Part shown: piece after piece, positions 36,237 through 48,426 of the stretch
Layout of the letters: each line of letters opens with the position of its first letter
Numbering within the stretch: the stretch's first letter is position 1
Source of the DNA: Squalus acanthias
Taxonomy: Eukaryota
DNA: 64,000 nucleotides
Reading direction: 5' to 3'
NCBI GenBank assembly: GCA_030390025.1
Contig: CM059445.1
Coordinates: forward strand, 35,774,001-35,838,000
Made by a program: the position numbers and the translations under genes
Notes under the pieces: generated by a model
The model's database searches: none
The model's input: only the letters and a program-made list of their open reading frames with translations
Told to the model about the DNA's origin: nothing

Positions 36237-36334
36237 CTGTTTCTCTCTCCACAGATGCTGCCTGACCTGCTGAGTATTTCCAGCATTTTCTGTTTTTATA
36301 ATAGAAAGTGGACAGTGGGATCATTAATTGACTC

Positions 36335-36650
36335 ACTGTCAAATTTCAGTGCAGTACTGAGGGAGCGTTGCACTGTCTTTCTGATGAGAAGTAAAACTGA
36401 GGACCTGTCTGCCCTCTCAGGTGATCCCAAGGCACGAGTCAAAGAAGAGCGGGACAGTTTTCTCAGTGCCCTGACCAACAAACATCAAAACAGATTACTC
36501 AGACATTATCATATTGCTGTTTGTGGGAGCTTGCTGTGCGCAAATTGGCTGCCACATTTCCTACATTATAACAGTGACTAACTTCAAAAGTAATTCATTG
36601 GCTGTGAAGTACTTTGGGACATCCTGAGGACGTGAAATGTGCTATAGAAA
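36335..36650 (+). mobile_element. Deu-domain SINE (diverged)
   Basis: Family motifs and tail present. Confidence 0.75.
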
Positions 36651-36655
36651 TGGAA

Positions 36656-37340
36656 ATGCAGCTCCAGCAAGCAATTAGGAAGGCACATGGTATGTTAGGC
36701 TTTATTGCAAGGGGGTTGGAGTATAAGAGTAAGGAAGTCTTGCTGCAATTATATCGGGCTTTGATGAGACCACACCTGGAGTACTGTGCACAGTTTTGGT
36801 CCCCTTACCTAAGGAAGGATATACTTGCCTTGAAGGCGGTGCAACGAAGGCTCACTAGATTGATTCCTGGGACGAGAGGGTTGTCCTATGAGGAGAGATT
36901 GAGTAGAATGGGCCTTTATTCTCTGGAGTTTAGAAGAATGAGAGGTGATCTCATTGAAACGCATAAAATTCTTAGAGGGCTTGACAGGATAGCTGCTGAG
37001 AGGCTGTTTCCCCTGGCTGGGGAGTCTAGAGCTCGAGGTCATAGTCTCAGGATAAGGGGTCGGCTATTTAGGACTGAGATGAGGAGAAATTTCTTCACTC
37101 AGAGGGTTATGAATCTTTGGAATTCTCTGCCCCAGGGGGCTGTGGAAGCTCAGTCGTTGAGTATATTCAAAGCTGAGATCGATAGATTTTTGGACACTAA
37201 GGGAATCAAGGTATATAGGGATAGTGCAGGAAAGTGGAGTTGAGGTAGAAGATCAGCCATGATCTTACTGAATGGCGGAGCAGGTCGAGGGGCTGTATGG
37301 CCGACTCCTGCTCCTATTTCTTATGATCTTATGTTCTTAT
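36656..37340 (+). mobile_element. CR1-like LINE 3' portion
   Basis: RPHLEYCAQFWSPY..GDLIE..FFTQRVMNLWNSLP; flanked by direct repeat GAAATGGAA (36647-36655, 37341-37349). Confidence 0.92.
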
Positions 37341-37349
37341 GAAATGGAA

Positions 37350-37925
37350 GTGCTGCACTGTCAGAGGTGCTGTCTTTTGGATGAGACGTTAAACCGAGGC
37401 CCCATCTGCCCTCTCAGGTAGACATAAAAGATCCCATGACACTATTTCGAAGAAGAGCAGGGGAGTGTTCCCCGGTGTCTTGGCCAATATTTATCGCTCA
37501 ACGATCACCTAAAACAGATTATCAGCAATGTTCCCTAACCCGCGAAGCCGGCTTTTCAATACAAAAAATGCTTCTGATTGCCCAAGCAGCCCCTTAAAGG
37601 GGCCACACAGGGCCAAACAAAATTAGAGGGAACATTGATTATCAGGTCATTTATCTCATTGCTGTTTGTGGGATCTTGCTGTGCGCAAATTGGCTGCCTT
37701 ATTTGGTCACAGTACAACAGTGACGAAAAGAAAGACTTACATTTCTATAGCGCCTTTCATGACCACCGGATGGCTCAAAGTGCTTTAACAGCTAATGAAG
37801 TACTTTTGGAGTGTAGTCACTGTTGTAATGTGAGAAACACAGCAGCCAATTTTGCGCACAGCAAGATCCCACAAACAGCACTTCAACAGTAATTAATTGG
37901 TCGTGAAGCACTTTGGGACGTGCAA
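37350..37925 (+). mobile_element. Deu-domain SINE with a nested hAT MITE and an antisense SINE tail (~37726-37880)
   Basis: The SINE body is interrupted twice and resumes each time. Confidence 0.75.
37526..37637. mobile_element. hAT-type MITE
   Basis: TIR CAATGTTCCCT / AGGGAACATTG; perfect 8-bp TSD ATTATCAG (37518-37525, 37638-37645). Confidence 0.9.
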
Positions 37926-38376
37926 TACGTTCTTTTCTTTCTTTCAAATATAGGTTTTGTGGAGACGTCATGACATTACAGAGGACTGTGGGGTTACCTT
38001 GGCGACGTTGGTTCGGCACCGTGTGACTTCTGGCACTGCATAAGTAACAGTTCAAAGTTCAATCTGACAGCGTCAACCAGCATGCCCTTAGCTGGGGAAG
38101 TAAAGAGAACTGCAGCCAAGGACTAACGAAGGAGCAGAAAGTAATCTGTTATATTTTAGTACCAGCGCCGTGTTACCGTATGTCCTCGGGTCCTCTGTCA
38201 GCACCATTATTATCGCCGTTTACCTCAGCCCCCAACACCTCTCCTATGTTCAACAACTCCGCCAAGCAATGGATTAAAAAGATTTAAAAATCCACATTAT
38301 CTCAAGAAAATTAATGACATTTGTGAACAATATAAAGATGAACAAATTTCTGGCAATGAGCGTGAAAAGAAAGAAA

Positions 38377-38824
38377 GAAAGACTTGCATTTATATAGCGC
38401 CTTTCATGACCTCAGGATGTCCCAAAGCACTTTACAGCCAATGAAGTACTTCTGAAGTACAGTCACTGTTGTAATGTGGGAAACACAGCAGCCAATTTGC
38501 ACACAGCAAGCGCCCACAAACAGCAATGTGATAATGACCAGATAATCTGTTTTCGTGATGTTGATTGAGGGATAAATCTTGGCCAGGACACCGGGGATAA
38601 CTCTCCATCTCTTCTTCGAAATAGTGCCATGGGATCTTTTACATCCACCGAAGAGAGCAGACATCTCATCCGAAAGACGGCACCTCCAACAGTGCAGCAC
38701 TCCCTCAGCACTGCACTGGAGTGTCAGCCTAGCTTTTTGTGCTCAAGTCTTTACAGTGGGACTATGAACCCACAATCTTCTGACTCATAGAGGCGAGAGT
38801 TCTACCCACTGAACCACAGCTGAC
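38377..38824 (-). mobile_element. Deu-domain SINE
   Basis: Near full-length family member. Confidence 0.88.
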
Positions 38825-39599
38825 TCAATCCCATGACTCTCCTGATGGTCATGAGCCGCTGAGGTTTAAGATACTTTGATAGGCACGTACATGATGCCTC
38901 TCGAGGCGATGGCGCGCCGGGACCTGTCGGAATCCGATACCCACACCTTCCTCTGTCTCAGCAGCTGTAGCCGGCTCTCCTCTTCAGTGTAAAACTTAGG
39001 GAGCAAATGTCTGGGCAATGTCACATCCTGAAAATTCCCCACACACGTACCTGTCACACGAAACCATGAAATGCACCTCATAGATTTTGATCTCCCTGCG
39101 AACGTCAATCCAGAATAGCAGGCTGGAGGTGCACAGCTGACCAAAAGTGAGCTGGCTGCATTCAATCATCCGTGGTCAGCTCATCTGCAAACTTATTCAG
39201 AGCTCCCTTACAGTTTTGTCCATTGTGCGAGGAGTTAGGTTAATGGGGAGAGGGGAGGGAACCAAAAATCGGACAAATTTAAAAGGATGTGGCCACTTAA
39301 AGGTAAGTGACTGCGTAGAAGCACAAAAGTTCTTTGCGCCTTCGAATAAGATCAGAAGGTCTTTAAACTGACGGCAGCTTTTATAAAGACTGAAGTGGGC
39401 GGGGGGAGGGGTGGCAGACAGAAGTGCTCGGCAAAAATGAAGTGAAGTGGAGGCACCAAACGGAGTCTGCACGCAAGTGACGGAGCAGACCAGCAACCCA
39501 TTTCCCATTTCGGGGCAGGCAAAATGGACATGATGATGCCTGTGGTGGGTGCGAGGTGGGTTGCCCTGTTTGATACTCCGCGGTGCCCTCGCCGAAGGG

Positions 39600-39800
39600 C
39601 AACAGTGCCTGAAAGGTACTCGAGGCATATGGGCTGAAGTGACTTTCACAGCAATTGGGAGGGCTGTGCCTTTGGTGAAAAGTGGTCGTAGCCTACATTC
39701 TTGCTCCATTACCTTCTGATTGTGCTCATTCATGAAGTGATGTGGAGTGGGAGGGAAGTGCCTCACCCGATATTCAAGCCATACACAGATGTGGGCTTTA
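39600..39800 (-). pseudogene. Old Harbinger transposase relic
   Basis: LRPLFTKGTALPIAVKVTSA, then frameshifted YASSTFQA, aligns with LQPQLRSRTSLSVAVKVTVALNFYATGSFQA of the transposase at 318-1768. Confidence 0.55.
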
Positions 39801-40282
39801 AAGACATATATCTGTCTCTCTATATAATAAAAGTTTTGGATAGGGTGTGCACTTCCTGTTCGCAAACCTTATTTCCTGTTGCTGAGATTTTTGGTCACAC
39901 TTGTGTGTCAACATTTCCCATTCAATTTTGCTATGTCAACTGTCACAATACAGTTCCAGGCTCTGGCCGCTGGGTGGCTCTATGAAGTGAGTTTCTGAAG
40001 TCTCTCTTCTAACTTTGTCACCAGCATGTGTATACATAAACAACTTACGTTTATCAACTATTAGTGGGCAATGCCACGGGCAATTTACGTGTAATTTATT
40101 GACGTCGTGTGTCTAGCGACACACTTCCTGTTTGTCGCACTTTTGTCATGACACTTTCATCTTATTTGATAATATGAAAATATTAGGCATTTGTTAATCA
40201 TTTGTAATAGAGCAGGGTGTTAACAAGGCTGTATCCATCCCAAGCTAGAGGAATGGTCTTCAAAAGTTTTTGTATAGTGGAC

Positions 40283-40665
40283 CACCTGCAAATATCAGAC
40301 AATCCTGAGGATCCCCTGCAAATATTGACACACTCCCGGACAACCCCTGTAAACACTGACACATTCTCAGGCACCCCCTGTAAATATTGACACTCCCATG
40401 GAACCCCTGCCAACAGTGACACATTCCCAGGCATCCCCTGCAAATATTGACTCACTCCCAGCAACGTGCCTAAATCACGGCCTCTTTAACAGGCTGTGCG
40501 GCCCATTCAGAATTCCGCGCATGCGCGGTTTTTCCATTTAAAAGCCGGTGAGCCGGCTGCGCGGGAGAGCCAGAGCGCTGCGCGGCCATGCAGCGTAAAG
40601 GGAACGCAGACTCCCAGGGCACCCCTGCAAATATTGACGCACTCTTTGGCCAACCCTCTGCAAAC
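40283..40665. repeat. ~30-bp minisatellite (CCCCTGCAAATATTGACACACTCCCAGG..) interrupted by a MITE
   Basis: About eight units visible. Confidence 0.85.
40462..40609. mobile_element. hAT-type MITE (related to 23919 and 37526)
   Basis: Perfect 8-bp TSD ACTCCCAG (40454-40461, 40610-40617); degenerate TIRs; internal similarity to 23919-24076 in reverse orientation. Confidence 0.8.
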
Positions 40666-40734
40666 AATGGCAGAGTCCAAAACCCTAATGATGAAAAGAT
40701 AGTGTCAGCTATTCAAAGGAAAGCAGCATAAATT

Positions 40735-40968
40735 TAAAATTAAAACCAGAAAATGACCAGAAATACACAGTAGCTCTGTCAGCATCTGTAAAGAGAAAGG
40801 ACAGGCGAACCCTTCAGGCGCGCGCCCTACATGAGAATGGTTCCGATGAAGGGTCACCTCGAGAACATTAAACTTGCTTTAAGATACTGACAGATCTGCT
40901 GTGAATTTCCAGCATTATCTGTTTTCGTTTCAGATTTCCAGCGTTTGTGGATTTTCTGTTTTATTTTT
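40735..40968. mobile_element. Old degenerate hairpin of PLE family A
   Basis: Inverted remnants either side of GGTTCCGATGAAGGGTC; tail-like TTTCAGATTTCCAGC on the right. Confidence 0.6.
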
Positions 40969-40988
40969 AAGCCTACCATAGAAACGTT

Positions 40989-41177
40989 GGGTGTAATTTT
41001 AATCTAACTTGCTGGGCGGGAATCCCACGGGGTCGTGTGCATCGCCGGTTTTATACCCCGTCTAAACTTACTCACCACTGACTTTAGTAGAGAGTAAAAT
41101 CACGGGGTGGGGTAAGACCAGCATTGCATGCGATCCTGTCAGTTTCCCGACGGGCGGGTTAGCTTAACATTGCCCCC
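40989..41177. mobile_element. Short palindromic MITE (Harbinger-like ends)
   Basis: GGGTGTAATTTTAATCTAAC / GTTAGCTTAACATTGCCCCC; imperfect palindrome over the whole length. Confidence 0.6.
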
Positions 41178-41381
41178 AATATCTCGTCTATTTTGATGGG
41201 ACCACTAAGGGTGGTACAGGGTTGCCCCAGTGTCACTAACCAGAAAAATAGCTCCACAAGTCTCGCCTCATCTGAGGAGGCCCAACTAATACAATCATCT
41301 GAACAATGAGGTCCAATCAAACTAAGAGAAACTTATACTGATTCTAAATCATATTATTATCAGTGCCGAATTAGACACTCT

Positions 41382-42023
41382 GGGCTGGATATTAACTCGG
41401 AGGCGGTGGGTGGGGTGCTGCTTTGAGGTCGGGAGACCCGGAAGAACGGGTTTCCTGCAGGTCCTGCCGAATTTAATGGCAGGACCTGATTAGCACTTTT
41501 TGTCTCCGTTTCCCGGCCGCAGCCAGCCAGATTGGGAGGCTGGCTGGCTGTCGGTCGGATAGGCCTTAGGCACCAGGCCACAGCCAGGGAGCGGAGAGGA
41601 AGGAGAGAGGGATCGTAAAGCCCAGGGGGCAGGGGGGGGGGGGGGGGAAGATTGGAGACCAGAGGGCAGATCAGGGTCCGGAGCAGGGAGGGGGGAGATC
41701 GGAGGAAATCGGAGGCCATAGGGAAGATTGGAGGCCGAAGCGGGGGGGGGGGTGCGGGGGGCGGTGTCCGATCACGAGGAGTGGGTGAAGCAGGTAAACT
41801 GGATCCAGCAGGTAAGTGGAAAGGCACCTACCTCCTGGATCCAGCAGTCCTCGCCTACCTTTAGCTGCCGGGTTTGCTGAGGCCCGGAAAACTTGGCCGG
41901 CCAGGGTTAAATTTAAAATGGTGGTTAAATATGAGGCAGGCGGCCTTGTCATAAGATTTTTTACATTTTACCATCCCACCCGACCCAAACCCGCCTGCTT
42001 TTGGAGCTTCAGATTCCCTCCCC
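41382..42023. mobile_element. Harbinger-type non-autonomous element
   Basis: Begins GGGCTGGATATT, ends GATTCCCTCCCC; TCT on both flanks; GC-rich. Confidence 0.55.
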
Positions 42024-42561
42024 TCTATCCCCTGGAGTGTCCACCGGGAGCAGATGGCCCCCAGCATAGCGGCGGGCACCGCATGGTCCCTCTCCAGGGC
42101 CACCCAGGCACAGACAAGACCGCGGAAGAGAGGCAGGCAGCCTGAGCAATGCTCCCACATGTTCAACAAATACAGAAATGTGATGATCTCAGGAAACCCT
42201 TAGAATCCCCTTGCAATCCCTCTCGGAGCTCAGTAGGAATATGATGCCGATGGTGGTGGCACTGCCCTTTATTCTAGGCTTCCTCTGGCTCACCTTTTGG
42301 GCAAGGTCCATGGCAATATTGTGCCATCCAAATAGAAGAACCACAACCCCAATAACTAAAGCAGGCAGCAATTCTGGTTGTTGTATGACAAGGAAATTGG
42401 AATGGTGTTAAGCAGGAGGCCTGGCATCCCTCAGATTGGCATCCTATTCACCAGTCCAAAAATCTAGATTGTATCTTGGTTCTGACTGCGCTTAAAGATA
42501 AATGTCGCAAGGCTCCACTCCTCGAGTATCGTGAATTGGGGGGCGCTGATTCCCACACCAA

Positions 42562-43359
42562 GGGAGCGATTTTGCCAGCCCTGGGGAGACGGGACTGCCG
42601 GGAAAATGGCAGAACCCGCCCCCAACCCGCCTCCATGCCATCTTCCCAGGAGGCAGGTAGCCGTCCCGCGCCGGGTCCCGTCTCCTTGGAGGCGGGAAGG
42701 GATTAAAGCCTATTAGTTAACAGGCAGAAAATAGGATTAACCCCTTTTTGCCCTCACAAGTGCGGGCTTCCTGAAGGCTCCAAAACCCGCCAGCTCAGCG
42801 AGGCGATTACTTAGTCTGCGGGGGTCGGGGGGGGTGCAAAAGTGTGGTGTGAAGGTAAGTGATGGGTGCAAGAGTGTAGAGGTGAGTATCTGAGGTAAGT
42901 GCAAAGTGTTTTTAAAAGTCTACTTACCTTTGTTTCTTCCTGCAGGCTTTAGTCAGGTTTGTACGCGGAGAGTGTTGGACCTCCGTGTTGCAGATGAGAG
43001 ATGGCCGCTGCATTCTCAGATGCAATGACCATCTCAATTCTGTAAAAGAAAGAAGGTTGATGGGGTCTTGTATGCAAGACCTCATCAAACTGCAGAGAAT
43101 GTCACTGTTTGACAGCTTCACAGAGCTGTCAAACGATGACAATTCATCTGTCAAAAATTTTTGACAGATGAAAAGTCGTACGTTGACGTTCTCTGTAACC
43201 GGCTTTCCCTTAATTGGCCTGCTAAGCCCACTGGGCAGGCTTAACAAGGTCAATCAAGGGAAAATAGCGTGGGTTGGCCACAAATCGATGGAGGCGGGAC
43301 ATCGACCCGACAAGCAGCAGTCCCGCCTCCAATGCGCCCCCAGTCACAAAATCGCCCCC
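42562..43359. mobile_element. Harbinger-type non-autonomous element
   Basis: TIR GGGAGCGATTTTG / CAAAATCGCCCCC (one mismatch); TSD CAA. Confidence 0.8.
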
Positions 43360-43685
43360 CAATTCGTGTTCCTATTGCACAGGGAGCAAAACTGACCCAT
43401 TATTGCTAAGGAACACTATGGCCTTCCAACACTGGCATAGACGTCCCCCACCCCCAACCGTTCGGCTCCACCCTCTCCCACCTCTTGGCTCCTTCTACTC
43501 CCATCTCCTCAGAAGAGCAGAGTTCTGTCCAACACCTCTGTAAGTAAGACGCATATTTGCTGAAAAACCATCTGACATCCATATCAGGGTTTGAAAGTCC
43601 CATCAAACAGTTGTATCTCAAATCAACCAAATCAAGATCAGATGCAGTACCTCAATACTTGAACAACAACTGACCCAATTTCAGT

Positions 43686-43700
43686 GTCAGCCGTGGCTCA

Positions 43701-43733
<33 letters not shown>

Positions 43734-44145
43734 TGTGGTTTCTAAGTCCCACTCCAGAGACTTGAGCACAAAAATCTAGGCTGACACTCCAGTGCAGTGC
43801 TGAGGGAACGCCGCACTGTTGGAAATTCCATCTTTCAGATGAGACGTTAAACCGAGGCCCCGTCTGCTCTCTCAGATGGACGTAAAAGATCCCATGGCAC
43901 TATTTCGAAGAAGAGCAAGGGTGTTCTCCCCGGTGTCCTGGCCGATATTTATCCCTCAATCAACATCACTAAAACAGATTAGCTGGCCATTATTGCTGTT
44001 TGTGGGAGCTTGCTGTGCACAATTGGCTGCTGCGTTTCCGACATTACAACAGTGACTCCACTTCAAAAGTACTTCATTGGCGGTAAAGAGCTTTGGGATA
44101 TCCTGAGATCGTGAAAGGCGCTATACAAATGCAAGTCTTTCTTTT
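43686..44145 (+). mobile_element. Deu-domain SINE, full length
   Basis: GTCAGCCGTGGCTCAGTGGGTAGCACTC head, Deu body, L2-like tail. Confidence 0.9.
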
Positions 44146-45011
44146 CTTTTCACAGGGGTTCAAGTTCTCAAAGTCCTATTAGCTGCCCCCTCCCTGCCAT
44201 CCTCCATCCATTCTAAATATTCCAGTCAACTAATGTTCTTCCATCTAAATGGAAAGTGGCAGACTTGCTGATCTACGAGAAGAGATCACAGTCAAACCCC
44301 ATTAACTGAAGGCCAGTGTCCTTATTGGCAATGACATCAAAGGTCATATGGACACCAGATGAGAAGTTGTTCCAGCTTCTTAAGCACTATAGTCTGCTAT
44401 CAGCTGCTCTCCACCTCATGACCCACAAACACAACAAATTTATTGATGCCCAGCACAGACATAAAGCAGTAACCCTTCACATTCCTGGAGCCTTTGATAG
44501 GAAACCTTTCCTCCCCGTATTCTTCCTACATTCGCACAACTACACCAAAAGAAAATGATCTGTCAGTCAAGCTGCTTTCATATGGGTGCCTGTACAGGAC
44601 ATTTTTAAATGTTAGAATTGTTCTAACTTGATGTTTACTCACGAGCAGGTTCTCTCTTCTCAGTCCTTCGATTCTCCTTCTTTGCGTTTCTTTTCCTCCT
44701 CCGAGGCTATTACTTTTCCTGCTTATTCCACACAATTACCTCCAATCACCACTCCATGCCTAGACTCCCCAATACCTGATGTAATTCACTCACCAAGCCT
44801 TGCCCTGACATCTGTCTCTAACTCGGTGCAGCCAGAAAACTGCACACTGCAATTAAATCTGAAACTGAGTGCACTCACTGAACCCCCTCACTCTGATTGA
44901 ATCCAATCTATTGTATCTCACCGCAGTGACACACGGGAGCGTGTTCCAAGGGAGTCACACCCCTCAGGGGTCGGGGAACAGCTTGACTTTTGTTCCTAAG
45001 CTTTACAATGT

Positions 45012-45340
45012 TAGAATCATAGAATCATACAGCATAGAAGGAGGCCATTCAGCCCATCGTGCCTGTGCCGGCTCTTTGAAAGAGCTCTCCAATTAGTCCC
45101 ACTCCCCTGCTCTTTCCCCATAGCCCTGCAAAGTGTTCCTTTTCAAGTATATATCTCCAATTCCCTTTTGAAAGTTACTATTGAATCTGCTTCCACCGTC
45201 CTTTCAGGCAGTGCATTTCAGACAACTCGCTGCGTAAAAAAAATTCTCCTCATCTCCCCTCGGGTTCTTATACCAATTATCTTAAATCTGCGTCCTCTAG
45301 TTTTCGACCCTCCTGCCAGTGGAAACAGTTTCTCCCTATC
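45012..45340 (-). mobile_element. CR1-like LINE 3' end
   Basis: (AGAATCAT)n tail; same family as 25702-26105. Confidence 0.85.
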
Positions 45341-45385
45341 TCTTTTGTCTGTGCTCTTGATGTACAATATATAGAGGCGGTGTGT

Positions 45386-45826
45386 GTCAGCTGTGGCTCA
45401 GTGGGCAGCACTCTAGCCTCTAAGCCAGAATGGTTGTGGGTTCAAGTCCCACTCCACGAGACTTGAGCACAAAAATCTAGCCTGACACTCCAAGTGGAGT
45501 ACTGAGGGAGTGCTGCACTGTCGGAGGTGCCGTCTTGCGGATAAGAAGGTAAACTGAGGCTCCGTCTGCTCTTTCAAGTGGATGTAAAAGATCCCATGGC
45601 ACTAATTTGAAGAAGAGCAGGGGGAGTTCGTCCTGGGGCCAATATTTATCCCTCAATCAACATACCAAAAACAGATTATCTGGTCATTATCACTTTGCTG
45701 TTTGTGGGACCTTGCTGTACGCAAATTGGTTGCTGTGTTTCCTACATTACAACAGTGACCAAACTTCAAAAGTGCTTTGAGACGTTGGTGGTCGTGAAAG
45801 GTGTTATGTAAATGCAAGTCTTTCTT
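45386..45826 (+). mobile_element. Deu-domain SINE, full length
   Basis: Family match. Confidence 0.9.
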
Positions 45827-47071
45827 TACATGAAGTGAGATAAAACCCCTTGCTATTTGAGGTCACATCTCATGATTGGTTTGGGGGAGCCTGTTGCCTC
45901 TAATTGCTTGCTGTGCTACCAACTATCTCAGAGGGAGGGACAAACCTATCTAAAAATGGAGTAAACTTGCCACATCATAAAGAATAATTAAATCCAAGGT
46001 CATTTTTGTGAGGAGGGAGGGGGTGAAGCTTCCAGCACAGATCAGAGAAACAGACATGGAGGCCACCACACCAGACTCAGGACATCGCTGTTTTCCTGAT
46101 CACTAAAATTAGTCGGAAGCGCAGCGAATCAAGCCTGCTGACCTCGACACCCGATTCTCTGATGCGTGCTCCCGTCGGGCAAGGCTCCCCGCTGTGAGCG
46201 GAGCCTTGGAACATCCATTCCTGGTTCACGCTGTTGCCCATGTTGAGGTTCAATTCACTCCTGTGCCTTATCTCAGGATCGGAACCCCTGATACAGAACA
46301 GGTTTTGTAACTCGTACGGGGTTAAACCCTGCATGTATTCCGGAAAAAAAAATTCTCAGTACCGGAATATACGTGCACCAAGTTAATTGGGATCCCTTAG
46401 CCTCGCACTGGCTGTTTCTGTAGTTATGCATAGTCTCAAGGCTTTGGGTTTAACGTCCTCCACTGCTGCACTAAATTAACCTGTTTGTGTAAAAAAATCC
46501 TCCATGTGCTATTTTAACACATTAATTTTAAACATGATAATAGCACCCAAAGGAATTTTACACAAATGTGTTAATTAGTGCACCATCAGAGGAAATATAA
46601 CCACTCAGGAGGTTTGCGTGGTCACTGGAACTCATCATTTCATCAGTATCCCTGCAGATACATTGAGAGTCCACCAGGGAGAGCCATCTCTCGCACGCCA
46701 ATGTTTTTATCCTGAACGCTAAGGAAACTGGGGCCCGCACATAAACCTTGTTGTTTACTGCATGAAGGGTGCAAGATCCTTTCTTTTAAATGTAGAGCAT
46801 TTATTTTCAAAACAACACACAAAATCTCATTACAATGGGATCTGTATTAAAGTACAGAATTTGTACATGTACAAAAGTCAACATCAACGTAAGCCTCTTG
46901 TTCGTACCACCACCCCGCCGCACCCCCCCCCCCCCCAACCCCCACTCCCCGATTCACCCATCGCATCTTTGTTCCCTTAATTTTCTCCCCTCTTTTCTGG
47001 CTCATGTTCGGGGTCAATTCAACATGTGGCCGCAGCCTTCCTCTGCCTCAGCAGGTGAGCTTAGACAGTGA

Positions 47072-47251
47072 GCGGGTCATCTTAGCTTTTGGTGATTGTG
47101 CAAAATGGTGATATCGGATTCGCCGCCCGTTATACACATCTCCCGATTTCCCTTCTTATTCAAGTCAATGGAAGGGATAATCGGGAGTGGTCTAAATCCT
47201 ATGATTCAATATTGCCTGTTTTACACTGTCACTAAAAGTTAAAATTACCCC
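47072..47251. mobile_element. Short palindromic MITE
   Basis: GGGTCATCTTAGCTTTTGGTGA / TCACTAAAAGTTAAAATTACCCC; centred near TTCAAGTCAATGG. Confidence 0.55.
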
Positions 47252-47271
47252 TGCAGTATCAGCAAAAAAAA

Positions 47272-47665
47272 GGACTTGCATTTCTATAGCGCCTTTCACG
47301 ACCTCATGCCATCCCAAAGCGCTTTACAACCAATGAAGAACTTTTGAAGTGTTGTCACTGTTGTAATGTAGGAAACGCAGCAGCCAATTTGCGCACAGCA
47401 AGCTCCCACAAACAGCAATGTGATAATGACCAGATAATCTGTTTTAGTGATGCTGATTGAGGGATAAATATTGGCCAGGACACCTGGGGATAACTCCCCT
47501 GCTCATCTTCAAAATAATGCTGTGGGATCTTTTACGTCCCCCTGAGAGGGCAGACGGGGCCTCGGTTTAATGTCTCATCCAAAAGACGGCACTTCCGACA
47601 GTGCAGCACTCCCTCAGTACTGCACTGGAGTGTCGGCCTAGATTTTTGTGCTCAAGTCTCTGGAG
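47272..47665 (-). mobile_element. Deu-domain SINE, 5'-truncated
   Basis: Family match. Confidence 0.88.
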
Positions 47666-47669
47666 CTAA

Positions 47670-47950
47670 CTGAACATGGGATGATCTTAACCAAGCCTAA
47701 TTCTGTCCACAACTGACATCTCCACACATGTACAATGTTCTATTAAGGGTCACTGGATAGTGATCAGGAGCAGAAATCCTGGTCAATTTTTCTCTTTCCC
47801 TAATCCAGGAGTGCTGAGGCCAATTGTGGTGTTACTGGTGCTATCCTGGCTGAGACTAGGTAACTCTACAGACAGAGGCTTGAACCTAGGACTTGCTGGT
47901 CTATACGGGCTGTTACATGCTGCGGTTCCCCAAATGCATCATTGGGTAAA
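47670..47950 (-). mobile_element. LF-SINE-like element
   Basis: GGGTCACTGGATAGTGATCAGGAGCAG..GCTGAGGCCAATTGT. Confidence 0.6.
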
Positions 47951-48171
47951 CTCAGGTTACCTTCCCAACCTCACATGTTTTAATTGTGTCAGCTTGGCTC
48001 AGTTGGCTGTGCTCTTATCTCTGAATCAGAAGGTTGTGGGTTCAAGCTCCACTTTGGGACCTGAGCAAATAATCCAGACACACCCTCTAGTGAAGTACTG
48101 ATGGTGCTGCATTGTTGGAGGTGTTGTCTACTGATGACATGTTAAAATGAGGCTTCGCTGCCTGTTCAGAG

Positions 48172-48426
48172 CAGGGTTACCAACTCTGGTTGTGTCCTGG
48201 AGGTTTTATCACATGACCTCTTGCCTCCTACTGCCCTGCCCAGTAAAACAGCCTTTTTTCACATCTCCTATATTTTCATAAACAATAAACAAAAGTGTTC
48301 AAAGCAATTTTTTTTAAAACTCCATTTTTTTAATGCCCCTATGAGTTGTTCTCCTGGTTTGCTCGCAAAAGTGTCCAGGAGATTATTCTTTAATTCCTGG
48401 ATACTCCAGGAGAGTTGGCAACCCTA
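48172..48426. mobile_element. hAT-like MITE within Deu-SINE remnants (47987-48720)
   Basis: TIR CAGGGTTACCAACTCT / AGAGTTGGCAACCCTA; no TSD recognised. Confidence 0.7.

Larger units (their letters stand above)
33868..36297 (+). mobile_element. Penelope-like retroelement (RT plus GIY-YIG, possibly Neptune-type), decayed
   Basis: LSKGLSFNP; FYLLPKIHK..PGRPIVS; TMDVQSLYTSIPH; QIKGVAMGTRMGPSYA; RYIDD; CKRRRCNTC linker; VYYIHCS; RKLEEH..LGTLQPSGLN; 3' pLTR. Confidence 0.95.

Noticed and set aside
38866-39185. Possible minus-strand coding exons (DVTLPRHLLPKF.. or ..EIKIYEVHFMVSCD)
   Set aside because: Conflicting frames and splice sites and no recognisable homology.
42928-43040. Exon-like segment with good acceptor and GTAAGT donor on the minus strand
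   Set aside because: It lies inside a TIR/TSD-bounded Harbinger-type element and has no recognisable protein, so it is not supportable as a host exon.
43686-43770. tRNA-like sequences at SINE heads (also ~8020-8085 and ~9470-9537)
   Set aside because: They continue into SINE bodies and lack a complete cloverleaf.
46586-46638. C/D-box snoRNA-like ATGATGA...CTGA on the minus strand
   Set aside because: Only 53 nt with no convincing terminal stem or recognisable guide; expected by chance.
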